NCBI GenBank assembly: GCA_046314355.1
Contig: JBKBWQ010000001.1
Span: 160,001-224,000 of the forward strand
DNA: 64,000 nt
From: Candidatus Altimarinota bacterium
GTDB taxonomy: Bacteria > Patescibacteriota > Gracilibacteria > 1-14-2-50-48-13
Direction of reading: 5' to 3'
Positions 1 through 10,437 of the stretch are shown one piece after another; position 1 is the first letter of the stretch, and each line of letters starts with the position of its first letter. Both the position numbers and the translations under genes were made by a program. The notes beneath the pieces were generated by a model. The model ran no database searches. It had not been told where the DNA came from and saw only the letters and a list, made by a program, of their open reading frames with translations.

Positions 1-261
1 TATCTCAGGCGATGAATTACCTGACTTACGCAACACCTCGAGCTTTCCTTCTATATCTTTTTCGATAAATGCAGAAAGTTGTTTAATGCATTCTCCACCT
101 TGTTTAGTAACCGCTATTAGTTCTCTTTGAGATTCTTCCAGTTTTACTTCAAGGGACTTTTTTTCTATCAGTAGGGCTTCAAGTTCATTTTGCTGACTAC
201 ATCCTAGAAGACTAAATAGACTAACAACAATTAATACAGTACTGAATTTTTGATTTTTCAT
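1..261 (-). CDS. Putative lipoprotein (partial, runs off window start)
   Basis: Not in ORF track. ATG at 261 gives MKNQKFSTVLIVVSLFSLLGCSQQNELEALL..., a signal peptide with LLGC lipobox, open to the window edge. Confidence 0.7.
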   Translation of the reverse strand, partial: MKNQKFSTVLIVVSLFSLLGCSQQNELEALLIEKKSLEVKLEESQRELIAVTKQGGECIKQLSAFIEKDIEGKLEVLRKSGNSSPEI

Positions 262-405
262 TTGTTTTTCCTTCTTTGTATATATTTCACACAAAGTACT
301 CTTTTTATATATTACGTCAATGTCTATGGTTTATACGTAGACATCATTGTATCTTATATATTTAGTACCTTATGAAGCAGCTGCAGAAATAAATGTAATT
401 ATTAT

Positions 406-434
406 AAAAAAGCTGCATATTGATATGCAGCTTT
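406..434 (-). terminator. Rho-independent terminator
   Basis: aaagctgcatat/atatgcagcttt inverted repeat with A-run (U-tract on minus), just after the stop at 450. Confidence 0.7.
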
Positions 435-449
435 AGTGAATGTATATAA

Positions 450-1853
450 TTATATTAATGTTTTTATTTCTGCCATCAAGTCGCTAGTAAGAGGGGTTAG
501 CTTCCATTCTGGGAAATGCCGTATTAAGAACTCATGTTCAGATATACTAAAGTCTCTTTCTAACGTTTTCTTCATACGTATTCCTGCATCTTCCTTTAGT
601 AGCGGTACATTTTGAATAATAATTTTGAGTATTTCCGTTGGAACATAATCATCTGCAAGAATTCTTTTTGCAGCAAATTCACTTCCTGGAAATCCCTTTT
701 TAACATATTTTACCATTTGATCACGTAGACGATATTTATCAGAATCACTATATTCAGTGATAAATTTTTCTATGTCATTCAGCGGCAAAATACCTAGAAT
801 TTTCTCATCAAAAAATTTATTTTTGATACGCTCCTCATATTCTGTTCCAATGGCTTCAATCCATTCAATCCATTGAAATCGAATATCCATTGCACTATAA
901 TACTCTTTCCCGTTTTCATAACTCTCATACCTTAACTTCAGATCTTCAAGCTGTTTTTTTGTCGCAGGATCTAAATTTAAGAAAAACTGAGTTTGTATTG
1001 GTGTGTAGAGAGCAATGAGAGCATAGTAGAGCGGATGTAATTCTAACTTATCTTTTAGAATGTACTCTGCCGAGACTGAGGCACAACCTTGAGCAATCAG
1101 CATAACAGTAGCGTATTCTTGTAAAGTAAGCGTGTAACCGCTTAAAAGCTTTGCTCCAACCTCTTCTCGAGTATTCTGATAGTCTTTAGTTCTAAAGTAA
1201 TTATTTTTTAGAAAAACTAAAAACTCATCTTTAGTTCTCGGCATTTCTTTTAATGTACTAGGTAGTACATAATCTTGCACATTCCTTTCAATGTAAAAGA
1301 TAGTCTCAAGGGATGGAAAGCCAGCAAGCAGCAGATTACATATTTTTGACCTTCTAAATGAATTTGTAGAACGGTAGATAAAGTCTGTAAATTCTGATGC
1401 AGATTTACTTGCAAGTTCCTTTTCAATTTTCTTACCTAAAGAAGGATAATTCTCTTGGCAGTCGAATAAAACATCAATAGAGATTTTGAATTCTGAGATT
1501 TTATATTCTATTGCTTCTTTCATCCGCTTCTTTGAAGAGGGATATTTCTTTTTATAAGCGAGTAATTCACTTATGCTATTGTGACTACCGGAGAGGCTGT
1601 ACTCTATTCTCTCATTAACTTGCTCTGTCAAATTGGGTATATATTCTTTCACTTTTGTGATTAGAAAAATATCCTTTCTCAATCGTAGAATATACTCAGC
1701 AACTTTTTCACTTATTACAGAAATCTCCAGTAACTCAGCAAGCTCCGAATCTGTGGGACCGGGGACACTCTTCAGTATTTTCTTCCAAAGAGTATTTATT
1801 TTCTTTGCTTTTGTTTTACTGATTTTCTGCAAAACATTTTCTTTTGTACTCAT
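450..1853 (-). CDS. Hypothetical protein, probably alpha-helical repeat
   Basis: 467-aa ORF with recurring segments such as VAEYILR, SAEYILK, AAKRILA, VGAKLLS; no recognised family. Confidence 0.6.
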   Translation of the reverse strand: MSTKENVLQKISKTKAKKINTLWKKILKSVPGPTDSELAELLEISVISEKVAEYILRLRKDIFLITKVKEYIPNLTEQVNERIEYSLSGSHNSISELLAYKKKYPSSKKRMKEAIEYKISEFKISIDVLFDCQENYPSLGKKIEKELASKSASEFTDFIYRSTNSFRRSKICNLLLAGFPSLETIFYIERNVQDYVLPSTLKEMPRTKDEFLVFLKNNYFRTKDYQNTREEVGAKLLSGYTLTLQEYATVMLIAQGCASVSAEYILKDKLELHPLYYALIALYTPIQTQFFLNLDPATKKQLEDLKLRYESYENGKEYYSAMDIRFQWIEWIEAIGTEYEERIKNKFFDEKILGILPLNDIEKFITEYSDSDKYRLRDQMVKYVKKGFPGSEFAAKRILADDYVPTEILKIIIQNVPLLKEDAGIRMKKTLERDFSISEHEFLIRHFPEWKLTPLTSDLMAEIKTLI

Positions 1854-2005
1854 AATTTTTTCCTTCCTTTTGATTTCAATGTTTATTTATATTTGATGTA
1901 AAATAGTCTATTTAATATATTTGTCAATTATCTACTGTACTTTCTTCCTCTTGCTATAAGACACATCCTCATTAAAGTATGAGATGAATAAACCCTACTG
2001 TCACT

Positions 2006-4039
2006 ATGCTCGGTACAAATCTCAAAGAAGTACTCAATACGACACCGTTTCACCTAAAGATGCTTTCCCAGGCAGGCATCGATACTGTTCGTGATCTTCT
2101 TTTATACTTTCCGAGAACATATGAGGATAGATCAGTCTTCCGCACACTTTCACAGATCAATATCAAGGAAGTAAATACTTTAAAAGGAAAGATAGGAAAA
2201 GTAACGAAGAGCGTGACAAAAAATAGATTTAAACTCACGAAGGCAGAATTCGTTGATAGCGATGGATTGGTAGCAGAGCTAGTGTGGTTCAATCAGCCCT
2301 TTATTGCTAAGACTCTCCCGGAAGGAGCGGATGTGATTATTTCAGGAAAAGCGAAATATGACTTTCATAAATTCAGCTTTCCTGCTCCCCATATAGAAGT
2401 ACTAAAGAATGGGATTAGTCCTGTGCATTCCGGACGTATTATCCCAGTATATTCAGAGATAGATAAACTCTCCACCGACTGGTTTAGGACCAAGATGCAG
2501 CAGGTCATCAAGTATGTTGAAGAGTTTGAAGAGTATTTGCCGGAGGAAATTATCAAAGAAAAAAATCTCATTAGCAGAAGTGTAGCTTTGAAAGAAATTC
2601 ATTTTCCTTCTACTTCTCAGCTCCTTCAGCGTGCCCGAGAACGGCTTGCCTTTGAAGAGCTCTTTTTACTTCAGCTTCGCGGACTACAGAAAAAATTTGT
2701 ATTTCAGAAAGAAGCAGGAGAAAAAGGGTATACTATTCCTATAGATCCGGAGTTTATCAAAGAATTTCTGGAAACTCTTTCTTTTCAACTCACAGATCAT
2801 CAAAAGATTGCTGCGTTTCAGATACTGCAGGATATGGAAAAACCATACCCTATGCATCGCTTGCTTGAAGGAGATGTTGGTTCTGGAAAAACTATCGTCT
2901 CAGCGCTAGTTGCTTTACATGCGATCAAGAAAGGAGGTCTGCAGGCAGCACTCATGGCGCCGACAGAAGTACTTGCTTATCAGCATTATCAGAAGCTCGC
3001 AGTACACCTTGCGAGATGGAACGTAAATACCAAATACCTAGCTGGATCAGTACCGCAAAGTCAGAAGGAAGAAATCTATCAAGGTATCGCCTCTGGAACA
3101 GTTGATTTTGTAATAGGTACTCATGCACTTATACAAAAGGAAGTACAGTTTGCAAAGCTTGGTCTCGCAATTATTGATGAGCAGCACAGGTTTGGTGTAG
3201 GACAGAGGGAGATACTCACGAGTCACGGCTTTCCACATGTACTCCATATGACGGCTACCCCGATCCCACGTACACTTGCCCTTACTATTTATGGAGATCA
3301 GGATCTATCTATTATCAATCAGATGCCTGCAGGCAGAAAACCTATACAGACCAGGATTGTACAGCCCCATCAGAAGCAGCAGATGTACACCTGGATTCAC
3401 AGTGAGATAGATAAAGGATTTCAGGCTTTTGTGATTTGTCCGCTTGTGGAGGAGTCTGACAAACTAGAAGATGTACGTGCAGCCACAGCAGAATATGCGC
3501 TCCTGCAGGAACATATTTTTCCAGATCTGAAGCTAGCATTGCTTCACGGACGGATGAAAGCGGATGAAAAGGAGAAAATAATGCAGGATTTCAAGGATAA
3601 AAAATATCATATTCTTGTTTCCACTTCTGTTATTGAAGTAGGTATCGATATTCCAAATGCTACGGTGATCGTCATTGAAGGATCAGAGAGATTCGGTCTT
3701 TCACAGCTGCATCAGTTTCGGGGACGAGTTGGACGTTCAGATATGCAGTCATACTGTTTTCTATCCACAGATAAAACCTTTGCTACTCAAATAGACCGGC
3801 TAAAGGCAATGGTCAAACATAATGATGGTTTTAAGCTTGCGGAAATTGATCTCGAACTTCGGGGACCAGGAGAAGTATATGGTATCCGTCAGAGCGGTAT
3901 TCCGGATCTTAAGATGGCAAATCTTGCTGATATTGATACGATCATGGAAGCTCGCGAGGCAGCGGAAGCGCTTCTGAAAAAAGATCTTCTGCTTGAGAAT
4001 TATCCGAGATTAAAGACTTTATTAGAAAAAAATATGTAA
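2006..4039 (+). CDS. recG: ATP-dependent DNA helicase RecG
   Basis: GDVGSGKT, DEQHRFG, MTATPIPRTL, QLHQFRGRVGR, DLELRGPG motifs. Confidence 0.97.
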   Translation: MLGTNLKEVLNTTPFHLKMLSQAGIDTVRDLLLYFPRTYEDRSVFRTLSQINIKEVNTLKGKIGKVTKSVTKNRFKLTKAEFVDSDGLVAELVWFNQPFIAKTLPEGADVIISGKAKYDFHKFSFPAPHIEVLKNGISPVHSGRIIPVYSEIDKLSTDWFRTKMQQVIKYVEEFEEYLPEEIIKEKNLISRSVALKEIHFPSTSQLLQRARERLAFEELFLLQLRGLQKKFVFQKEAGEKGYTIPIDPEFIKEFLETLSFQLTDHQKIAAFQILQDMEKPYPMHRLLEGDVGSGKTIVSALVALHAIKKGGLQAALMAPTEVLAYQHYQKLAVHLARWNVNTKYLAGSVPQSQKEEIYQGIASGTVDFVIGTHALIQKEVQFAKLGLAIIDEQHRFGVGQREILTSHGFPHVLHMTATPIPRTLALTIYGDQDLSIINQMPAGRKPIQTRIVQPHQKQQMYTWIHSEIDKGFQAFVICPLVEESDKLEDVRAATAEYALLQEHIFPDLKLALLHGRMKADEKEKIMQDFKDKKYHILVSTSVIEVGIDIPNATVIVIEGSERFGLSQLHQFRGRVGRSDMQSYCFLSTDKTFATQIDRLKAMVKHNDGFKLAEIDLELRGPGEVYGIRQSGIPDLKMANLADIDTIMEAREAAEALLKKDLLLENYPRLKTLLEKNM

Positions 4040-4109
4040 GACTCTTCTAAACTACTCTTGCAGTACTGCATAAATCCGGCAAAATGAAGTGGATTAATTA
4101 ATTTTTACT

Positions 4110-4559
4110 ATGAAAAAATACGTTCTGCTAGATAAGATCCGGAGCATGTATAATGTTGGATCTTTTTTCCGTACTTGTGATGGGGCAGGGATTTCAAAGC
4201 TTATACTTACCGGATATACTGCCACTCCTCCTAGAAAAGAGATTTCCAAAACTGCTCTTCATGCAGATGAGCATATTCCATGGCAGCATTATGAAAATGC
4301 AATGGATGCAGTGCTTGAACTCAAGAAAGAGGGCTTTATTATCGTATCAGTAGAAAAAAACAATATAAGCAAAGACTTTAGAGAAACTGATCTGCATACA
4401 TATGAAAAAATCTGCTTTATCTTTGGTAATGAAGTAGAAGGTGTAGCCTCTGGAATCTTGGAGATAAGTGACCATATTATCCACCTTCCAATGTTGGGAA
4501 TAAAAGAATCTTTGAACGTTGCAGTGAGTGGTGGAGCCATTCTATATCATTACTTGTAG
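4110..4559 (+). CDS. TrmH/SpoU family RNA methyltransferase
   Basis: NVGSFFRT, FGNEVEG, ESLNVAVS SPOUT motifs. Confidence 0.9.
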   Translation: MKKYVLLDKIRSMYNVGSFFRTCDGAGISKLILTGYTATPPRKEISKTALHADEHIPWQHYENAMDAVLELKKEGFIIVSVEKNNISKDFRETDLHTYEKICFIFGNEVEGVASGILEISDHIIHLPMLGIKESLNVAVSGGAILYHYL

Positions 4560-4625
4560 AAAAGTACAAAAGTCACTATACTGCATGCACTTAAATCCAT
4601 AACGATTATCTCTCTTTTTCACAAT

Positions 4626-6446
4626 ATGAATAAAAAGATTATTATTCCTCTCCTTCTTATACTTGTCGTTGCACTTTTAGGAGTGTCAGTTAGCGGATTC
4701 TTCCTCAAAAGTGGTGATGCCCTTTCCGTGAGTGAAAATGCTGCATTGCTGCTGAGAAAGACGAAGGTAGAAAAGGTGGAAGGAACCGTAGAAGTATTGC
4801 ATAATGGATCATCAAAGGAAGTATCTGAGAATCTTGAAATTAGTGAAGGAGATAGTGTAAAAGTAGCTGAAGGCGGAAAAGCAGTAATCTATTGGCAGGA
4901 TGGCTCACTCAGCCGAATCAAAGGACCTGCTGAGATTGCTGTGACACAGATGAATATAAACCAGAACCTTGATACACACGTAGATATGACAGTGCAGTCT
5001 GGTGAAGTTTGGACAAAGGTACTTGATATGGTAACCGAGGATTCAAGCTTTACAAGCCGTACAAAGACAACAGTTGCAAGCATTCGAGGTACGGAGCTAT
5101 TTCAGAAGAGTTCTGATGGCGAGGAGATTATTGCGACTTATGAGCATGGGGTAGATCTAGAGATAAATGGAGAAAAGAAAATGGTGATGGACGGAGAGGA
5201 GTTCCGGCTTGAGCATGGAAAAGAATCTCTACAGACTCGTGCCTCTGATCCTGCGTCATGGATAAGTGATGCAAAAAAAGCGGATAAAGAGTATATGGAG
5301 TCTCTCTCTGTAGAACGGATAGCTGCTATGAAAAAGCTTATGGATAAACGCACAGCTTCTTTCCCCTCTGATGAGGAATTAAATGCTCTTTTAGATTTTT
5401 CTACAGGAGAATTAAAAGAGAAGAATGAAAAAGTTCAAAATATTATTGATACACTTAGTCTTCAAATCAGGATCGCCTATGCTTCCGGAGATAAGGACGG
5501 AGCAAAGAAAAAAGCAGATCAGCTTGGTATGCTTTTAGATAGCTATATACCATCTCTTGAGATGAGTGAGCAGCGGGATGCGTTAGTCTCGGATGCACTC
5601 AACCGTATGAATGTTCAGCAAAAGATTCTATTCGCAGATCAGACACCAGATGAGCTTATAGCACTCCGAGCAAAGCTTGGTCTTGCAAAACTCACTCTCC
5701 TAGGAGATAACCCTGAAAAATCTGCGATACTCATGCAGAGGCAGCTGTTCTTTGTGCAGGATATGGTAAAAAATGGAAAAGCTGATGAGGCGAGACAATT
5801 TTTTATAAAACTTTCAGAATTTGATCGAATCAATGAGCCAGTATGGAATACGATGTCTGATTCTAGAAAAGCTATGATGCAGAAGACATCAGAACATCTT
5901 GTTAATCAAATGCCTGAGTTAAAGGATGCAGCTGCTGAATTTCAAAAGCGTGTACTGTCAGGAGAGTCAAGAAATACTAATGCAAATACAGCATTAAGCA
6001 CTACTGAACAAATTCGAGTACTGATGTCAGAGGGAAAGATTACTGAAGCAGAAAAGCTATTTGCGACGCTCACCCTCATAGAGAAAACTAATGTAAGTAA
6101 AGAATTCCCAGTACTTGGAGGCGTAACTCCAGCTGAAAAAACTAATGCCAATATCAATGCTGTTGTTAGAGATGAGAAAAAGACAACTACTACCAGTACC
6201 ACTCAAAAAACACAGGCAGCATCTTCAACAACAACAAGTACTACCACTTCTACAAATACTTCAGCACCAACTACAACGACACAGCCTAGTAGTACTACTC
6301 AGACAAATAGTACCGCTAATACGACAACGACTATAGAAAAGCCAGCACCCATTCCTGCTCCAGTAAGAACAGTAAATAAGAATGCAAATACTGCAACAAC
6401 TATAGCTCCGACACCAGTCAAAGGTGTCTATACCCCTGCAAACTAA
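4626..6446 (+). CDS. Membrane-anchored FecR-domain protein with Thr/Ser-rich C-terminal tail
   Basis: N-terminal TM helix; FecR-like EGDSVKV...DGS...GEVWTKV...VASIRGT; low-complexity Thr-rich tail. Confidence 0.7.
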   Translation: MNKKIIIPLLLILVVALLGVSVSGFFLKSGDALSVSENAALLLRKTKVEKVEGTVEVLHNGSSKEVSENLEISEGDSVKVAEGGKAVIYWQDGSLSRIKGPAEIAVTQMNINQNLDTHVDMTVQSGEVWTKVLDMVTEDSSFTSRTKTTVASIRGTELFQKSSDGEEIIATYEHGVDLEINGEKKMVMDGEEFRLEHGKESLQTRASDPASWISDAKKADKEYMESLSVERIAAMKKLMDKRTASFPSDEELNALLDFSTGELKEKNEKVQNIIDTLSLQIRIAYASGDKDGAKKKADQLGMLLDSYIPSLEMSEQRDALVSDALNRMNVQQKILFADQTPDELIALRAKLGLAKLTLLGDNPEKSAILMQRQLFFVQDMVKNGKADEARQFFIKLSEFDRINEPVWNTMSDSRKAMMQKTSEHLVNQMPELKDAAAEFQKRVLSGESRNTNANTALSTTEQIRVLMSEGKITEAEKLFATLTLIEKTNVSKEFPVLGGVTPAEKTNANINAVVRDEKKTTTTSTTQKTQAASSTTTSTTTSTNTSAPTTTTQPSSTTQTNSTANTTTTIEKPAPIPAPVRTVNKNANTATTIAPTPVKGVYTPAN

Positions 6447-6718
6447 TGCTAAAGTTTATTATTGAAACTATCTGGAAGCTGCCGAGAAACGCTATGATTT
6501 TGCTTGTGAGAGTGTACCAAAAAACACTCTCACCTGATCATGGTGTTATCTTTAAGCAGATGTATCCTTACGGCTACTGTAAATATCATCCCACATGCAG
6601 TGAGTACGGATGTCAGGCTTTTGAGAAAAAGGGATTTGTGAAAGGAATGCTGTTGACTATATGGAGGATACTGAGATGTAATCCGTTTTCAAAGGGTGGG
6701 GAGGATCCCGTGAAGTAA
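6446..6718 (+). CDS. yidD: Membrane protein insertion efficiency factor YidD
   Basis: [33 protein letters not shown]. Confidence 0.93.
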   Translation: MLKFIIETIWKLPRNAMILLVRVYQKTLSPDHGVIFKQMYPYGYCKYHPTCSEYGCQAFEKKGFVKGMLLTIWRILRCNPFSKGGEDPVK

Positions 6719-6731
6719 TAGAGAATTCTAA

Positions 6732-6765
6732 AAAATAGTGATCTTCTACTGAAGATCACTATTTT
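6732..6765. terminator. Bidirectional intrinsic terminator
   Basis: Perfect 15-bp inverted repeat aaaatagtgatcttc-tact-gaagatcactatttt between convergent genes. Confidence 0.85.
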
Positions 6766-6766
6766 C

Positions 6767-8686
6767 CTATGCAGCTATATTCTTTCCTCTTTTCTCTTCT
6801 TCTTGGCGCGCAAGTTTAATGGCTTTGATTAATTCGTGTACTTCTTGGTATCGGATGAAAGGAAGTATTTGTAGTATATAATCAAGCTGACGGTCTATCT
6901 CATAAGTCATGTGCGATACTGGAGAATGAGGATCTAGATCAAGACAGTATGTATCCTCAGAGAGTAGCTGTATCTCTCTTCCTATCCCATCATAGCCCAT
7001 GCCATAAATCTTGATGTCCTTCCAGTCTGAAGATGAATTTTTGTTTTTACCATCTCCCTTTTTCTTTTTGTGAAGTTTATTTACTATCATAAATTCACCA
7101 GGAAGCAGCTCTGTGTAGTGCTCTTTTTTGACTAAGCTTTTTAAACCGAGACAGTTTTTTCCAATATCCTCAGCAAAAGAAAGAACTTGTTTTTCGAGTG
7201 CGGGATTTGAAGAGATCTGTTCTGCACTGTAATCAAGCACGATTGCAGCTCTAGCGAGGTCAAATATTTCCTCAAAATTTCCTTTTCTTGTAACTAATTT
7301 CCGTTGGATTGAATCTGGGGTTTTAGAGCCAATAGCACGAAAATGAAATTTAAAATCGTTTCCAAAAACATCTTTTTCAGGTGTACCATGAGGTGTCCAA
7401 TGTCTATAGTTAAGTACCTTTGGGGTCTGATCAGGGTGAACAATTGTAGAGGTAAGTTCATCCAAGCTTTCATTTAAGCCTTGATCAGGGTGCTCTATTG
7501 ATTCAATGATATTTTCATTATGTACTGTATGCTGTAAATGTGTAGGGAGTTGGGATACAAGCTGCCATTTATCATTTTTATCTTTAATAGCATATTTTAC
7601 GATGTTTGTACGCTCAGATAAAGCATCAAAGTCCATCTTACGTTTTATCTCTGGAAGTTTTTTCATCTTAGGATGATTTTCGATGGCGATGAGTTCAGTA
7701 GTTAATAATGCAATTAACTGTGCGCTGTATTTATCCTGAGTATTAAATATTGGACTCTCTAAAGATGCTACGAGTTCCAGCAGGTTCATATGTCTCAACT
7801 CATTGAGGATAGTAATATTGATTGGTTTCAATATCTTACCCTCGCTATCATGAGTGATGTTATATTTCTGTTTCAATGCATTTAGGAAAGGTACAATACT
7901 ATCAAGCTGATGAATGGTTTTATCTCTCGCCTTATCCCATTTTTCCATAGCCTCTTCCATATCAACTTTGTTTTGAAGTTTCTTATGAAACAATCCTAAT
8001 CTGTTGAGCAAAGACATATTCCATTTACTCACATGTTCATTAAATACTGAGTTATATACTCTGCGGTACTCTCTTGGAAGATGGTTTTTTCTGTGTATTT
8101 CAGATCGAAATTCAGGAAAGGTAGTAATTTTACCTTCTTGTATTTCTTTCATAAGCTCTGTATTGAGAGGTGGAATTTTTTCTGAAATACCGTATTTCTT
8201 TCGTAAAACATTTGCTTGTTTTTGAGCATTTTTTATAAAGATTTCTTTTCCCTTCTCTACTATTTCCTTTGATGCAGAGAGAAGTTTCTCAGGAGTGATA
8301 GGAGTTTTCTTAGGATTTACTGCCTTCCAGAGATTCATATTATGTCTCAAAAAACCTCTATTTTTTTGAATATTACTATAGATTTTTGATCTAAAATAAT
8401 CCTGTAATTCTTCAATATTTGTGTCTGGCTCAAGAGTGTCTTTTACTTTCTCCGATATCCTTTCACTAATCTGATGTGCAAGATTTTCTACTTCATGATT
8501 TGCTACGTCGAAAGGCACCATACTAAAAGAATGCTGTATGTCTTTTTTCTCGATTCTTTTTTCTGCAAGGCTAATAATTCTCTCCTTTCCTTCTTTTATA
8601 TATTCTTTCACCACCTCCGGCATGACAGAGTGAAATATGTCTTTTGCAGAACTAATTGATGTATTGGATTGTTTTAGTGGAACCAA
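6767..8686 (-). CDS. Protein with C-terminal divergent RelA/SpoT-like nucleotidyltransferase (alarmone synthetase-like) domain
   Basis: GSKTPDSIQRKLVTR...EEIFDLARAAIV...REIQLLS...SHMTYE follow the order of SYNTH-domain motifs; N-terminal ~430 aa unrecognised; start codon uncertain. Confidence 0.6.
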   Translation of the reverse strand: MVPLKQSNTSISSAKDIFHSVMPEVVKEYIKEGKERIISLAEKRIEKKDIQHSFSMVPFDVANHEVENLAHQISERISEKVKDTLEPDTNIEELQDYFRSKIYSNIQKNRGFLRHNMNLWKAVNPKKTPITPEKLLSASKEIVEKGKEIFIKNAQKQANVLRKKYGISEKIPPLNTELMKEIQEGKITTFPEFRSEIHRKNHLPREYRRVYNSVFNEHVSKWNMSLLNRLGLFHKKLQNKVDMEEAMEKWDKARDKTIHQLDSIVPFLNALKQKYNITHDSEGKILKPINITILNELRHMNLLELVASLESPIFNTQDKYSAQLIALLTTELIAIENHPKMKKLPEIKRKMDFDALSERTNIVKYAIKDKNDKWQLVSQLPTHLQHTVHNENIIESIEHPDQGLNESLDELTSTIVHPDQTPKVLNYRHWTPHGTPEKDVFGNDFKFHFRAIGSKTPDSIQRKLVTRKGNFEEIFDLARAAIVLDYSAEQISSNPALEKQVLSFAEDIGKNCLGLKSLVKKEHYTELLPGEFMIVNKLHKKKKGDGKNKNSSSDWKDIKIYGMGYDGIGREIQLLSEDTYCLDLDPHSPVSHMTYEIDRQLDYILQILPFIRYQEVHELIKAIKLARQEEEKRGKNIAA

Positions 8687-8743
8687 GTATTGTCGTGTAA
8701 AAGATTACATCATATTATTGTATCAGAATTCTTCCCGCTGTAC

Positions 8744-8776
8744 TAAAAAAGCCCCGGTTTCTCAGGGCTTTTTTTA
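8744..8776 (-). terminator. Intrinsic terminator / attenuator hairpin
   Basis: Minus strand AAAAAAAGCCC-TGAGAAACCG-GGGCTTTTTT. Confidence 0.8.
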
Positions 8777-8789
8777 CAGGTGGTATCTT

Positions 8790-8870
8790 TTATTTCTTAC
8801 CCTGTGCAAAAGCCCCATGCGTGAGCATGTTCACAATAATGACGAGGGCTAGAGAAACCGGTAAGTTCAT
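8790..8870 (-). CDS. 26-aa Ile/Leu/Val-rich leader peptide (ilvL-like)
   Basis: MNLPVSLALVIIVNMLTHGAFAQGKK*; lies between a sigma70 promoter and a terminator; 9 of the first 16 codons are I/L/V. Confidence 0.6.
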   Translation of the reverse strand: MNLPVSLALVIIVNMLTHGAFAQGKK

Positions 8871-8894
8871 AATTTCTGATAATAAAACGCCCAA

Positions 8895-8923
8895 ATATTA
8901 ATTAAGAGTATAAAAATAGTCAA
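8895..8923 (-). promoter_or_regulatory. Sigma70 promoter of the leader transcript
   Basis: TTGACT-17 bp-TAATAT on the minus strand. Confidence 0.65.
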
Positions 8924-8992
8924 CGAGAGTTATTTTTTCTTGAACTTCTTTGAAAAAGGCATACTATTTAGGTGATAATATTTCAACCTCTC

Positions 8993-10420
8993 ATGATTCA
9001 GGATAAAATTTTTTCGATAGTAGATATAGAGACCACAGGGGGAAGCATCAACTTTGACCGTATCACTGAGATAGGGATTATTCAAGTGCAGAATGGAGAA
9101 GTAATCAATGAATTCAGATCTTTCTTTTTGCCTGGAAAGACACTCTCACCATGGATTACGGAACTTACAGGTATCACAAATTCTATGCTTCGCGGTGCTC
9201 CGCGCTTTCGGGAGAAGGCTCAGGAGATCTATGATATGCTCCAGGGCACAGTGTTTGTTGCTCATAATGCACGTTTTGATTATTCATTTATCAAGGCTGA
9301 GATGAAGCGCGCTGAGATAACCTTTAATAGTCCCATATTATGTACTGTGAGACTCTCCCGTGCTCTTTTTCCTGAACATAAACGTCACGGTCTAGATGCA
9401 CTTATTGAAAGATTTAATCTTAGCTGCGAGAATAGACATAGAGCTTATGATGACGCTTTGATGGTAAAGAAGTTTATAGATCTTCTTCCAAATTTTCATT
9501 CTCAAGAACAGATAGAAGCGCAGATAAAGAAACAGTTAAAACAATATGTAGTACCCTCAAAGGTTCCTGATCACCTTATAAAAAACCTGCCGCAAGGACC
9601 TGGTATATATAAATTTTATGGTAAGGATAATGCTCTTCTCTATGTGGGGAAAAGTATCAATATTCGCGAACGTGTACTATCTCATTTTACGGAATCCAGA
9701 GTTTCAAGTAAGGAACTCACTATGTTCAGTGACCTTGAATTTATAGACTGGCAGGAAACCTACGGCGAGCTCGGAGCCTTGTTACTTGAATCATCCCTGG
9801 TAAAGGATGAAAGTCCAATACATAATCGTAAACTAAGACGGCTGAGGAAGATGACTCTCATGAAGAAAAAACTTGATAAAAATGGCTATGCAACCGTAGA
9901 GATTTATGACTCTGAACATTTGGAACCTAGTGAAGCTGAAAGTATCTTAGGCATTTTTAGATCAAGAAAACAGGCGGAAGGATTCCTAGACCTCGTGAGC
10001 AAAAAGCATCAGCTGTGTCCGAAAATGATGGGCATTGAGAAATGTAATGGATCCTGTTTTTCTTATCGGTTAGGAAAGTGCACGGGAGCCTGTATGGCAG
10101 AAGAGGTGCAGGCATTATTTAACGCACGATTTGATCAAGCCTTCGAGGAAGTCCGTATCAAATCCTGGCCCTTTCCAGGTCCTATCCTTGTCAAAGAAGC
10201 AGGTGAAGAAGCTAATGAAGGTGCACTTTTTCTTCTGGATAAATGGTGTCTGCTTGGTGAAGGGAGTTTTTCTCAAGATGGATATGATCTCAAGACAAAT
10301 GCTTATACCTTTGATTTTGATCAGTACAAGATTCTTTCCAGTTACCTGCTGAAGAAAGCGAAGAAGGGGAGTATTGAGCGGATTACCTATAGGCAGATGG
10401 AGGAGTTGATGAGGGCATAG
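8993..10420 (+). CDS. DEDDh exonuclease (Pol III epsilon-like) fused to a GIY-YIG UvrC/Cho-like domain
   Basis: VDIETTG, AHNARFD, HRAYDDA, then GPGIYKFYG...LLYVGKSINIRERVLSHF; ATG at 8993 preferred over GTG 8972. Confidence 0.88.
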   Translation: MIQDKIFSIVDIETTGGSINFDRITEIGIIQVQNGEVINEFRSFFLPGKTLSPWITELTGITNSMLRGAPRFREKAQEIYDMLQGTVFVAHNARFDYSFIKAEMKRAEITFNSPILCTVRLSRALFPEHKRHGLDALIERFNLSCENRHRAYDDALMVKKFIDLLPNFHSQEQIEAQIKKQLKQYVVPSKVPDHLIKNLPQGPGIYKFYGKDNALLYVGKSINIRERVLSHFTESRVSSKELTMFSDLEFIDWQETYGELGALLLESSLVKDESPIHNRKLRRLRKMTLMKKKLDKNGYATVEIYDSEHLEPSEAESILGIFRSRKQAEGFLDLVSKKHQLCPKMMGIEKCNGSCFSYRLGKCTGACMAEEVQALFNARFDQAFEEVRIKSWPFPGPILVKEAGEEANEGALFLLDKWCLLGEGSFSQDGYDLKTNAYTFDFDQYKILSSYLLKKAKKGSIERITYRQMEELMRA

Positions 10421-10437
10421 GGCTGATTTCCACTGTG

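Noticed and set aside
6180-6345. ACT/ACA-rich repetitive DNA
   Set aside because: Encodes the Thr/Ser-rich linker of the FecR-domain protein; not an exact tandem repeat
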